Shown here piece after piece: positions 54,809 through 64,000 of a stretch of 64,000 bases of DNA. Under the pieces are notes generated by a model. That model saw nothing but the letters and a program-made list of their open reading frames with translations, did no database searches and was not told the DNA's origin. The translations under genes were made by a program, and so were the position numbers. Each line of letters begins with the position of its first letter. The first letter of the stretch is position 1. The stretch comes from an uncultured Verrucomicrobiae bacterium (GTDB taxonomy: Bacteria > Verrucomicrobiota > Verrucomicrobiia > Chthoniobacterales > UBA10450): positions 192,001 to 256,000 of the forward strand of contig CAVWPA010000001.1 of NCBI GenBank assembly GCA_963756875.1. The letters are read 5' to 3'.

Positions 54809-55891
54809 ATGGCTCGCATTGACGCATTTTTCAAATTGATGGCCGAGCAAAAGGCCTCAGATCTGCACCTTTCCACCAACAATGCGCCCATGCTGCGCAT
54901 CAACGGCGACCTGGTGCGTGTCGATTTTCCTCCGCTGAAGAACGACGATTTGAAGGCGATGGTTTACGAAATCGCGCCCGAGGGAAAGATTAAGACCTTT
55001 GAAGAGACCCTCGACGTCGACTTCGGTTACGAGATTCCCGATGTCGCCCGCTACCGCGTAAATTTCTTCCAGCAAAAATATGGCATCTCGGCCGCGTTTC
55101 GCTCGATTCCATCGCAGGTTCTTACGATTGAGGAGCTGGGTCTCCCGCCGGTCTTGAAGCGATTCGCGATGTTGAAGAAAGGACTGGTCCTGGTGACCGG
55201 TCCGACTGGATCGGGTAAATCGACGACACTCGCGGCAATGGTGGATCATTCCAACCTGCATCGTCACGATCACATCATCACTGTTGAAGACCCGATCGAA
55301 TTCGTTCATCGCAGCCAAAACTGCCTGGTCCAACATCGAGAGGTAGGCGTTCATACTCGATCTTTCGCCGCCGCGCTGCGCGGTGCATTGCGCGAAGATC
55401 CCGACATCATTCTGGTGGGCGAAATGCGCGATCTCGAAACCATCGAGCTGGCGCTTACCGCGGCGGCCACCGGTCACCTCGTTTTCGGCACTTTGCATAC
55501 GTCCAGCGCGTCTAAAGCTGTTGACCGAATTATCGACGTCTTCCCGACCAACCAGCAGAACCAGGTCCGGGCGACCCTCGCCGAATCGCTCAAGGGCGTG
55601 ATCGCGCAAAACTTGTTCAAGCGAATCGACAAACCCGGGCGCCTCGCTGCGTTGGAGATTTTAGTCGTGGACGTGGCGATCGCCAATCTCGTGCGCGAAG
55701 GAAAAACCCACCAGATCCCGGGAATGATCCAAGTCGGCAAAAAGAAGGGGAATCAACCACTCGACGATGCCATCATGGAAAACCTGCGCCACGCTCGTAT
55801 CTCGCCGGAGGAAGCTTACGACAAGGCTCTCGACCGCAAAAGGTTTCGCCAATTCCTCAAAGAGCCACCGATGGATGGCACCGATGAATAG
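54809..55891 (+). CDS. pilT: Type IV pilus retraction ATPase PilT
   Basis: ASDLHL, GPTGSGKST, TVEDPIE, ALREDPDIILVGEMRD, TGHLVFGTLHT, IANLVRE. Confidence 0.95.
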   Translation: MARIDAFFKLMAEQKASDLHLSTNNAPMLRINGDLVRVDFPPLKNDDLKAMVYEIAPEGKIKTFEETLDVDFGYEIPDVARYRVNFFQQKYGISAAFRSIPSQVLTIEELGLPPVLKRFAMLKKGLVLVTGPTGSGKSTTLAAMVDHSNLHRHDHIITVEDPIEFVHRSQNCLVQHREVGVHTRSFAAALRGALREDPDIILVGEMRDLETIELALTAAATGHLVFGTLHTSSASKAVDRIIDVFPTNQQNQVRATLAESLKGVIAQNLFKRIDKPGRLAALEILVVDVAIANLVREGKTHQIPGMIQVGKKKGNQPLDDAIMENLRHARISPEEAYDKALDRKRFRQFLKEPPMDGTDE

Positions 55892-55900
55892 CACACTGCG

Positions 55901-57067
55901 ATGAGAATTCCTGATCTGGACAAAATCCTGTCGGCGATGCTGAAGACCTATACCGGCATCTCCGATCTGAACTTTTCCGTTGGCCACCCGCTCCAGGTTG
56001 AGGACTGGGGAGAATTGAAACCGGTTTACGTGGATCCGCCCATCGAGGCGCTCACTCCCTATCAAACGGAGCAAATCGCCCTCACGCTCATGCAGGGTAA
56101 TCGGCGCCTCATTTACGATTACCTTACCGGTGGCTCCTGCGACTGTAGTTATTCGCTCGGCGACGAAGCGCGCTTCCGCGTCAACATTTTCCGGCAGCAG
56201 GGGCATTTCTCTGCTGTTCTCCGCAAGCTGGAAGGGGAAGTGCCGTCCGTCGAAAGCCTCGGCCTGCCGCCAATTTTTCACGACATCGCCAAGGAAAAAA
56301 CCGGCTTGGTTTTGGTAACCGGGGCGACCGGCAGCGGGAAGACGACCACGCTTGCCGCGCTCCTGAACGAGATAAACCAAACCCAGCCGGTGCACATCAT
56401 TACGCTGGAGGATCCGATCGAATTTGTTCATCCAAAGCGCAAAGCCACCTTTAACCAGCGCGAGCTCGGCCACGATTTCAACAATTACCCAAACGGGTTG
56501 CGCGCAGCCCTTCGCCAGGCCCCAAAGGTCATCCTGGTGGGCGAAATGCGCGACCGGGCGACGGTAGAGATCGCCTTGATGGCGGCGGAGACCGGCCACC
56601 TTGTTTTCAGCACGCTGCACACGGTTGATGCCGGCCAGTCGATCAACCGTATCCTCGGTCTGTTTTCCCTTGGCGAAGAGCAGCAATTACGCATCCGATT
56701 GGCCGACACGCTTCGTTACGTGGTGAGCCAGCGGCTGGCTCCAAAAGTCGGCGGCGGCCGCCATTTGCTTACGGAGATTCTCGGAAACAACCTCCGCACC
56801 AAGGAAACTGTCGCCCTTGGCGAAGGCGAGCACCGGAACTTTTATGAAATCATCGAGGCGAATTCTCCATTCGGCTGGATGACTTTCGATCAATCCGTTC
56901 TCAGCGCCTACGAAAACGATCTCATCACGGAGGAAACCGCCAGGCTTTTTGCCTCCAAGAAGGGACGCATCACGCGGGGGATCGATTTGATCCAGAAGTC
57001 GCGCGGCGTCGATAATGATCTCGATTCCGGTTTGCGCCTCGATATCCCTGAAAACGCATTTCGATAA
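55901..57067 (+). CDS. PilT/PilU family ATPase paralog
   Basis: GATGSGKTT, TLEDPIE, ALRQAPKVILVGEMRD, TGHLVFSTLHT, TFDQS. Confidence 0.92.
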   Translation: MRIPDLDKILSAMLKTYTGISDLNFSVGHPLQVEDWGELKPVYVDPPIEALTPYQTEQIALTLMQGNRRLIYDYLTGGSCDCSYSLGDEARFRVNIFRQQGHFSAVLRKLEGEVPSVESLGLPPIFHDIAKEKTGLVLVTGATGSGKTTTLAALLNEINQTQPVHIITLEDPIEFVHPKRKATFNQRELGHDFNNYPNGLRAALRQAPKVILVGEMRDRATVEIALMAAETGHLVFSTLHTVDAGQSINRILGLFSLGEEQQLRIRLADTLRYVVSQRLAPKVGGGRHLLTEILGNNLRTKETVALGEGEHRNFYEIIEANSPFGWMTFDQSVLSAYENDLITEETARLFASKKGRITRGIDLIQKSRGVDNDLDSGLRLDIPENAFR

Positions 57068-57540
57068 TGGCTACGGAATCAGAACACGATTCGAAATTTT
57101 TCGACCTGGGCGATAACACCGCCCTGGTTTGCATCGATCATCAGCAATATCAAAAGGTCGTCGTTCCTCAGCTGATCGACATGACCTACAAAATACACCT
57201 CGGCTTGTTTGCCGAAGACGTGCTCCTCAAGCTTAAAACCTACAGCTACGACGTGGTCGTCATTTACGAAAACTTCAAGGGTTCCACGCTGGCGACGAAT
57301 CCGATTTTGGAGGAAATGGTCAAGCGCCCGGACACGCAACGGAGGGAACATTTCGTCATATTGCTCAGCCATCGCTACCCGACGAACGATGCCATGGGCG
57401 CGTTCGTGCATAGCGTCGATCTTGTCGTCAATATCGCCGACCTGGCAAACCTCAAGCCCGTGCTGAGACGCGGCGTGGGCCAGCATCGGGAGCTTTACGA
57501 GTCGTTTGACGAAATGATGAAGAGCGTTCAGGCGCTCTGA
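57067..57540 (+). CDS. Hypothetical protein, atypical receiver-like fold
   Basis: Translationally coupled to the PilT paralog; TALVCID..YDVVVIYENF..FVILLS beta/alpha pattern without canonical acidic residues. Confidence 0.7.
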   Translation: MATESEHDSKFFDLGDNTALVCIDHQQYQKVVVPQLIDMTYKIHLGLFAEDVLLKLKTYSYDVVVIYENFKGSTLATNPILEEMVKRPDTQRREHFVILLSHRYPTNDAMGAFVHSVDLVVNIADLANLKPVLRRGVGQHRELYESFDEMMKSVQAL

Positions 57541-57692
57541 TTTTGTAAGGCCGCACCCGATGGCCAAAAATTTGCGTGCGTTCCTCGTTTAGGCGACGGT
57601 TCTTCAATCAGGGAGGAACTCAAAGGGAGTCATGTTTTCAAGGCGGCTCAACGTCTGCGATTCGCCATTTGTCTAAACCCATTTTACACGCC

Positions 57693-58214
57693 ATGAATCC
57701 GCTTAGCTGGGTCCGTTTTAGTTGGGACTTGGGACATCTTCCAGATGCCGAAATTATGTTGCCGACGCATTACAAGATCGCCCCTGCGAAAAAGGAGGAT
57801 GAAAAAGCGCTGCGAAAGTTATTCTCCAGCACATTCTTTCTCGATCCCGTCTGGAACCCGGCCATCGCCGAAACCATGCAAACGGTCCAATCGTGGCTGG
57901 ATGTCGCATTTACATCCGAGCAAAGCATTTGCCTGGCGCTTCGGCACGGTCTGCGCATTATCGGGGCAGCCGTGCTCTCAATCGATCCCGACGCCAGCAA
58001 TCACCTCGCGCCCGGGCCTTGTGTCCTGATGGAATACCGCAATCGCGGCTTCGGCACGCGTTTGCTCGAGAGTTCGCTCAAAGCTTTGCGCGATGCCGGG
58101 GTGCGGCGCGCGGTGACCATCACGAAACAAAATGCGCCGGTGGCCCGATTTCTCTATCCGAAATTCGATGGAGTGGCCGAGCCATTGCCCGGCCCGGCGT
58201 TGCTTGCCGCCTGA
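57693..58214 (+). CDS. GNAT family N-acetyltransferase
   Basis: EYRNRGFGTRLL acetyl-CoA motif; ARFLYPKF. Confidence 0.8.
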   Translation: MNPLSWVRFSWDLGHLPDAEIMLPTHYKIAPAKKEDEKALRKLFSSTFFLDPVWNPAIAETMQTVQSWLDVAFTSEQSICLALRHGLRIIGAAVLSIDPDASNHLAPGPCVLMEYRNRGFGTRLLESSLKALRDAGVRRAVTITKQNAPVARFLYPKFDGVAEPLPGPALLAA

Positions 58215-58316
58215 CCACTAACGACTCCAGCCGCCGGGAATTGGCGAAGTTGTACAGCAGGCCTTTCAGCGTGCGCCAATAGTAGGGCAACTGCGCGCGA
58301 AGGCGCATTCCCTTCC

Positions 58317-58922
58317 TTACGCCTTTAGATGACCGCTGCGGCGTCTGAAAATGACCGTTCCAATTCCACCGAGCAGTGCCGCGACGATCAAAAGCGAGCC
58401 GGTCGAAGCTTCGGGCACAGGTATCGGGATGGGGACAACGCCAACGTTATTTACGTGACTGCCCGCGTTCGCCCCGGTAACCAACGTCCCTTGTGCAGCA
58501 AAGTAGCCGTCGCGTGTTTGCGGCGCGGTATCCGGCGGAAGGGCTCCGGCCGTCTCGATCGTGAACGGCCCGATCGGTCCACCGCTCGGAAGCGCGCTGG
58601 CTCCGGTGTACGTCCAGGTCAGGTTAAATACGTTCGGGTCGTCCGGCGGATTCGTTTGCGACGGCGTTACGCCAGTCAATAGCGACGAAAACGTCCAATC
58701 GATCGGCTGTGTGTTTGAGCCGGGAACGATGGAACCAAAATCGTAAATGGTGAAGAAATCACTGGTCGTCGCGTTTTGGTCCGCCGTTATGTTGATCGTG
58801 TAGGTCCAGATGGTGTTATTCCCATCCGGAGTGCCCCCGACGAACGTCGGAATAATGTCCGCGCGAACGGATCCGATGACTGTAAGAAGGGCAATTGCGC
58901 CCAGCGCTAGTAATTTCCGCAT
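58317..58922 (-). CDS. PEP-CTERM-like sorted surface protein
   Basis: Signal peptide; Thr/Pro-rich body; VPEAST, TM helix, RRR C-terminus. Confidence 0.85.
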   Translation of the reverse strand: MRKLLALGAIALLTVIGSVRADIIPTFVGGTPDGNNTIWTYTINITADQNATTSDFFTIYDFGSIVPGSNTQPIDWTFSSLLTGVTPSQTNPPDDPNVFNLTWTYTGASALPSGGPIGPFTIETAGALPPDTAPQTRDGYFAAQGTLVTGANAGSHVNNVGVVPIPIPVPEASTGSLLIVAALLGGIGTVIFRRRSGHLKA

Positions 58923-59023
58923 AAAATTCCGTTCGCAATTTCTAGAAAATCGGAACACAAAAGTCAATCATATTATTGTGAAAAATAATGCCCGTCGGAC
59001 CATCCCTGGGCCTGTAAAATTGA

Positions 59024-60422
59024 TCACGCCACGTCCCGCGCGTACCAATCCACCTTGCGCGTGACGAACATCACAACCGCGAGCACCAGGAAGAGGGCGA
59101 TCGCCCCCATCAGCAGTGCGTAATCCTGTTGCCGCAAGGTGATGTAAAGGAACGTATAAACCCCCGCCAGCCCGGCCCCGATCATCAATGTCCTTACGCC
59201 GCCGCCCAGGAAAAATCGGCAATACCATGTGATCAGGGCGGTCGACGCAATCGTCGCGATCAGATACGACCAGCTGAATCCGACAAACTCCGAGACGGAG
59301 AGAAGAAGCAGGTAAAACAGGCAAAGCGCCGCGCCAACCATCAAATATTGGAACGGGTGGATTTTTTGCCGGGCAGTGACTTCAAAAAGAAAGAAGGTGG
59401 TGAAAACCAGCACCAGGAACAGGACGCCGTACTTAATTGAGCGTTCTACATAACGGTACGCGTCCAGGATCGATAGAAACTCCGCGCCGAAACTGGAATC
59501 GCTGACCGATTTTACGTTAAAGCGCTCGTTCCCGTTGAGACTTGTCCACGACTGTGGATAGTCGCGGCCGTAATACGAGATCTTCCATTTCGCGGCAAAA
59601 CCGTCCGCGCGCACGGAGCGTTCTGCCGGCAAAAACGCGCCGCGAAATGCCGGATCGGGCCAGTTCGATTTCAGGGTCGCTTCGTTTTGCACGCCAAACG
59701 GGGCGAAAAAAGACCGCTTCACTTCCGTTGAAATCCATGGGGATGGAAAATTCCATCTCCTGAGCGATCGGCTTGTCGCCTGCCAGCGAGGCCGTTGCAC
59801 CGGTCGTGTAGCCGGGCACCTGAGAGCCAGGCAAAAAAGGGCGCTTCGTTCCATTCCAATCGAGCACCAGCGCTTCTCGTGTCCCGCGAAGATCGTTGAT
59901 TGCAATCGTTACGAACGCATCCTTCCATTGCACGTTCTTAACGTCGACCTTGAGCGCGCCGAAATCGGGCGGCGAAAATTTCCCGGAGAGCGTCACCTGC
60001 GCGCGAAAAACCGCCGCGTTGTAAATGCCGCGGTGCAGCATTTCTGTCTGAACATTTCCGTCGATGTGCAGCGTTTGCGGTAAAAAATACGCATTCGCCG
60101 TGCCCGTTTCCTCCACCTCTCGCCGTTCCATTTTCCCGTCGGGCGCCGGCATTTCCTTCACCGTTTTGAATTTGTATTGATAGGGAACGCCAAGCACCGG
60201 CCCGATCACGTTCTGTTGCCTGCCCCACGACGAGGTAATGTCGGCCACCGCTTCGTTGCGTCGCATCAGGCGATCGTTCAAGACACCGTTGATCATCGCC
60301 AATGGAATCAATAAAACTAAAATTAGTGCGCCGACCCCCAGGAGCTTGATGATCGTGCTATGTCGTTTTCCAAACGAGGGTTGCGACTTGGGCAGCGGCG
60401 GCGGAGCTTGTGTTTCGGCCAT
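59024..60422 (-). CDS. creD: Inner membrane protein CreD, +1 base in a homopolymer at 59706-59711
   Basis: LLIPL..WGRQQNVIGP..RGIY in frame 1; SNWPDPAFRGAFLP, RSIKYGVLF, IHPFQYLMVG, TRKVDWY in frame 2. Confidence 0.9.
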
Positions 60423-60551
60423 AAGCGATGGTGTTTAATCGATATACGGCGTCGATTTCAAAATCTTTCTCCTTTTGGGGAAGATTTCTTTCGCGGGCTT
60501 CCGCGGGGAGCCCAGGCGCCCCGCATCCTGGTTGCGGGGTTTTCGCGACGG

Positions 60552-60676
60552 TGTAGCCACGGCGCTGCTCTGCCTGCCGCGCCGGAGCCTTGGCGAAGGC
60601 TGGGTCGCCGTGATTCCGTGATGCAGCAGGACACTCTGTCGCCGTGGAGCGCCCCGACAGAGCGGGGCGGCTAACA
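60552..60676. repeat. GTAG-type REP pair with nested mini-repeat
   Basis: Same family as 15666-15724, interrupted at about 60567-60603. Confidence 0.75.
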
Positions 60677-60732
60677 AATCTGAATCCAAATTTGCCCCGT
60701 TCCGCATCTTAATAAAAACAACCGAGGTTTTT

Positions 60733-63276
60733 ATGATCCAGGATTTCAAGTTTGCAGTCCGACAGCTGGTCAAGGCGCCGGGATTCACGGCGGTGGCGGT
60801 GTTGACGCTGGCTCTGGCGATCGGGGTAAACTCGGCGATTTTTGCGCTGATCAATGGCGTGGTGTTGCGGCCGATGGTGCCGGTGCGACCGCAGGAAGTG
60901 GTAAACGTTTTCAATTGCCGTCAAAATGCGAACCACGATTATCGCCAGTTTTCCTACAATGAATTTCGCGAGTTGCGGGAAAGCGGCCATGACACGTTCG
61001 CCGATCTTGCCGCGTTCGAGTTCGCGGTCGCGGGCATCGGCCAGGATCATCAGATGCGGCGCAGCTTCGCTTTTCTGACTTCGGAGAATTTCTTTTCTCT
61101 GATGGGAGTGCGGCCGTTTCGCGGCCGGTTTTACACCGCGGACGAGTGCCGGCCGAACGCGAACGTTCCCGTGGTGGTGGCAAGCTACGGGTTCTGGAAA
61201 CGGATGGGCGGCCGCGAAGACTTTGTCGGCAGCGCGATTTACGTTAACGGCCAGCCTTACACGGTGATCGGCATTACACCCGATGGGTTCAGTGGCGTGA
61301 GCGCGTTGGTCGCCCCCGATGTATGGCTCCCACTCGGCATTTATTCCCAACTGGGGTCTGCATTTGCCGACGCCGAAAATTTGCACGATCTCGCCGCTCC
61401 GAAAAACTACGCGCTGAATCTTACCGCCCGATTGCGGCCCGGCCTGACGTTGGAAGCCGCGAAGGGGCGGCTGCCGGTTTTATCGCAACGATTCAATGCG
61501 ATTCAACCGACCGGTGCCGAGTTCGCGCGGGAGGTACAGATTCAAAAGCCGTCGCGATTCAGTTTGAGCACTTCGCCCGAGGACGACGGGCCAATCGCCC
61601 TGATCGGCACGTTGTTGATGTGCATGGCCGGCGCGGTCCTGCTCATCGCATGCCTGAACCTCGCCAATATGCTGCTGGCTCGCGGCACCGCGCGCTCCAA
61701 GGAAATCGCGCTCCGCCTGGCCCTCGGCGCGTCCCGTTGGCGGATTGTGCGCCAATTGCTCGCCGAAGGTTTGTTGCTCGCCATCTGCGGGGGCGTCGTC
61801 GGTCTCATCCTCAGCGTTTGGTGCAACAATCTCCTCCTACACTCGATGACAGCGCTGCTCGGTTCGGTGAATTTTTCGCTCGTTGTCGATTTTACCCCGA
61901 ACGCCGCCGTTCTCGCGGTGACTTTCCTGTTTTGCCTGATTGCGACGTTGTTTTTCAGTCTCGGCCCCGCTCTCAAGGCGACCCGGGTCGATCTGGTTAA
62001 CGATCTCAAACAACAGATTGGCGAACCGGCGCGCGCGGGGAGGTTCAGCCGCTTCTTTGCGCCCCGACATATTTCGGTCATGGCGCAAATCGCGCTTTCG
62101 CTGGTGTTGCTTTTCGCTGCCGGATTATTTTTCCGAGGCGCGTTGAAAGCCGCGGGGCTCAATCCCGGATTTGTCGCAGCGGGCGATCTTGTAAGCGAGA
62201 TCGATTTCTCGCTTGTGAAAAAAGATCCGGCCGACGCGCGTCGCCTTATCTTCAACATCTTGCAGCGCGTGCGAGAGTTACCGGGCGTGAAGGCTGCGGC
62301 TGTCGGAACGATGCTGCCTTACGGAAACTTCACAAACGTTCGTCGCATCATGTCGACACGCTCGACCCTTTCGAACGATCCCAAGGCGCCGGACCCGGGT
62401 GCGAGCGCGCTTTATACCGCCATCACGTCCGGATACTTCGATGCGATCGGAGTAAAAGTCCTGCGCGGCCGCGATTTCACGCAAGCTGAGTGCGAAAATA
62501 AAGACGGCCGGCAAATCGGCATCATCGACGAGGAAATGGCCAAAAAGCTTTTCCCGAACGAGGACGCGATCGGCCAGCACGTTCGCTATACCCAGCCGCC
62601 GCGCGATGGTTCGCCCAACGATATCGAAATCGTTGGCGTTGTGAATACGCATCGTCATGACGTGCAAAACGATACCATCCTGCGCCGTCTATTCGTGCCG
62701 CTCGCGCAGGGCTACAACGGTAATATTTTCCTGCATGTGCGTCTCGATCGACAAGATCGACAGGCGGTTGTGGGTATGATTCCCACCCTGCGGCAAACAT
62801 TGCGCGAGATCGATCCGGACCTTCCAATTCTGAGCATCGCGCCATTCGTCGATCTGATGCAGAATTGCGTCGGGCTTTGGGTCGTCAAACTAGGAGCGAC
62901 ACTCTTTGGCGCCTTCGGTGGAATTGCGCTCGTGCTGGCTGTGGTCGGTGTTTACGGCGTGAAAGCTTATGCCGTCGCCTGCCGGACACGCGAGATCGGC
63001 ATTCGCATGGCGCTCGGCGCGCATCGACGCGATGTTTTCGCATTGATCATGCGGCAGGGCGCAATGCAAACCGCCCTCGCAGTGGGCATCGGCCTTCTGA
63101 TTTCGTTTGCTGCCGGTCGCATCCTTGCCCAAATCTTGTACGACGTGAGCCCGACCGATCCGTTCGCGCTGATCGTATCCAGTCTCCTGCTCGCTGGGGC
63201 CACGCTTCTGGCCTGTTTTCTCCCGGCCCGCCGCGCCACGCGTGTGAACCCGCTCACTGCGCTGCGAACGGAGTGA
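60733..63276 (+). CDS. ABC permease, duplicated MacB/FtsX type (ADOP-like orphan permease)
   Basis: PGFTAVAVLTLALAIGVNSAIF, IACLNLANMLLAR..EIALRLALGA, RTREIGIRMALGA, PARRATRVNPLTALRTE. Confidence 0.92.
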   Translation: MIQDFKFAVRQLVKAPGFTAVAVLTLALAIGVNSAIFALINGVVLRPMVPVRPQEVVNVFNCRQNANHDYRQFSYNEFRELRESGHDTFADLAAFEFAVAGIGQDHQMRRSFAFLTSENFFSLMGVRPFRGRFYTADECRPNANVPVVVASYGFWKRMGGREDFVGSAIYVNGQPYTVIGITPDGFSGVSALVAPDVWLPLGIYSQLGSAFADAENLHDLAAPKNYALNLTARLRPGLTLEAAKGRLPVLSQRFNAIQPTGAEFAREVQIQKPSRFSLSTSPEDDGPIALIGTLLMCMAGAVLLIACLNLANMLLARGTARSKEIALRLALGASRWRIVRQLLAEGLLLAICGGVVGLILSVWCNNLLLHSMTALLGSVNFSLVVDFTPNAAVLAVTFLFCLIATLFFSLGPALKATRVDLVNDLKQQIGEPARAGRFSRFFAPRHISVMAQIALSLVLLFAAGLFFRGALKAAGLNPGFVAAGDLVSEIDFSLVKKDPADARRLIFNILQRVRELPGVKAAAVGTMLPYGNFTNVRRIMSTRSTLSNDPKAPDPGASALYTAITSGYFDAIGVKVLRGRDFTQAECENKDGRQIGIIDEEMAKKLFPNEDAIGQHVRYTQPPRDGSPNDIEIVGVVNTHRHDVQNDTILRRLFVPLAQGYNGNIFLHVRLDRQDRQAVVGMIPTLRQTLREIDPDLPILSIAPFVDLMQNCVGLWVVKLGATLFGAFGGIALVLAVVGVYGVKAYAVACRTREIGIRMALGAHRRDVFALIMRQGAMQTALAVGIGLLISFAAGRILAQILYDVSPTDPFALIVSSLLLAGATLLACFLPARRATRVNPLTALRTE

Positions 63277-63307
63277 GATTTCGGCGTTCGGCCTTTTTTC
63301 TCAAAGA

Positions 63308-63382
63308 GGTGGCTGGGGCCGGAATCGAACCGGCGACACGTGGATTTTCAGTCCACTGCTCTGCCAACTGAGCTACCCAGCC
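63308..63382 (-). tRNA. tRNA-Phe (GAA)
   Basis: Minus strand GGCTGGGTAGCTCAGTTGGCAGAGCAGTGGACTGAAAATCCACGTGTCGCCGGTTCGATTCCGGCCCCAGCCACC; cloverleaf with GAA anticodon. Confidence 0.97.
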
Positions 63383-63591
63383 GTTGATCGAACGCGGTCG
63401 TGTAAGCAGGAGCGGGTTATTAAAGCAGAAAACGCCCAACGCTCAACGTCCAACTCCGAATGGATTCGCGAGCAGGCGCCGAACCCAGAAACCGCTACAG
63501 AAATCGGCGCGGCGGACGAAAATCATCGGGGAGAGCCGATGCCGCGGGAACTCTCAGCTAAAGCAGGCGAAGTGAAGCGTTCTATCAACTC

Positions 63592-64000
63592 TCAACTAAA
63601 TTTCCGCGGTAATTCCACGGCGGCGCGCAGAAGACGCAGATAATGGTTCCGCGGAATCTCCACGCCGCCGAACTGTCGCAGGTGCGGCGTGAGCCATTGC
63701 GTGTCGAGCAGGGTAAACTTCGCAGCGCGCAACCGTTCGACCAGGGCGATAAGCGCGATCTTCGATGCATCGGTCACCCGATGGAACATCGATTCGCCGA
63801 AAAACGCGCCGCCAATGGCGACGCCGTAGAGTCCGCCTGCAAGTTGGCCTTCGCTCCAGGCCTCAATTGAATGCGCATGGCCCAATTCGTAAAGCCGCTC
63901 GTAACTGTCGATGATTTCCTCATTGATCCATGTGTCTTCCCGCTGCGCGCACGCCCGGATCACTTCGCCGAAACGATGGTCGATTTTAATCGCAAAAGTT
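63592..64000 (-). CDS. aat: Leucyl/phenylalanyl-tRNA--protein transferase, C-terminal part
   Basis: TWI..AHSIEAW..GGLYGVAIGGAFFGESMF..ASKIAL..LLDTQ; 5' end lies outside the window. Confidence 0.93.
   Translation of the reverse strand, partial: TFAIKIDHRFGEVIRACAQREDTWINEEIIDSYERLYELGHAHSIEAWSEGQLAGGLYGVAIGGAFFGESMFHRVTDASKIALIALVERLRAAKFTLLDTQWLTPHLRQFGGVEIPRNHYLRLLRAAVELPRKFS

Noticed and set aside
58300..63382. Genomic island integrated at tRNA-Phe
   Set aside because: No integrase, and I saw no duplicate of the tRNA 3' end in the window.

Overview
A 64 kb GC-rich bacterial chromosomal segment, mostly housekeeping. Gene content and style suggest a soil Verrucomicrobiota (Spartobacteria/Chthoniobacterales-like) genome; this is an inference from the extended GreA, TIGR04073-like and PEP-CTERM-like proteins, cyclase-TolB-TPR protein, orphan ADOP-type permease and kdsA-lptCAB/hprK-ptsH-ptsI arrangement. 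It contains a 23S-5S rRNA unit with its own promoter and no linked 16S, tRNA-Phe, coaD-yceD-rpmF-plsX-fabH-tatD, rph, gmd, speA, asnS, thrC, recN, a double PilT locus, and an accessory block (degenerate cyclase, Rieske oxygenase, MddA-like methyltransferase, IYD-like nitroreductase, transporters). No CRISPR array, transposase, integrase or phage gene was recognised. The strongest unexplained signal is a dense set of small palindromic or heptamer repeat families that also enter functional sequence. One sits inside 23S rRNA helix 63 between duplicated hairpins, a perfect 33-nt palindrome lies in frame in thrC, a heptamer tract forms the TatD N-terminus, and GTAG-type REPs supply several stop codons. 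Diverged 3'-end duplications follow the 5S rRNA and ferritin genes. A candidate signalling module (27-aa membrane sORF, His-less HisKA-like/receiver protein, two PilT ATPases, atypical receiver) is also notable. Four single-base insertions (lptB, autotransporter, speA, creD) most likely reflect consensus errors.
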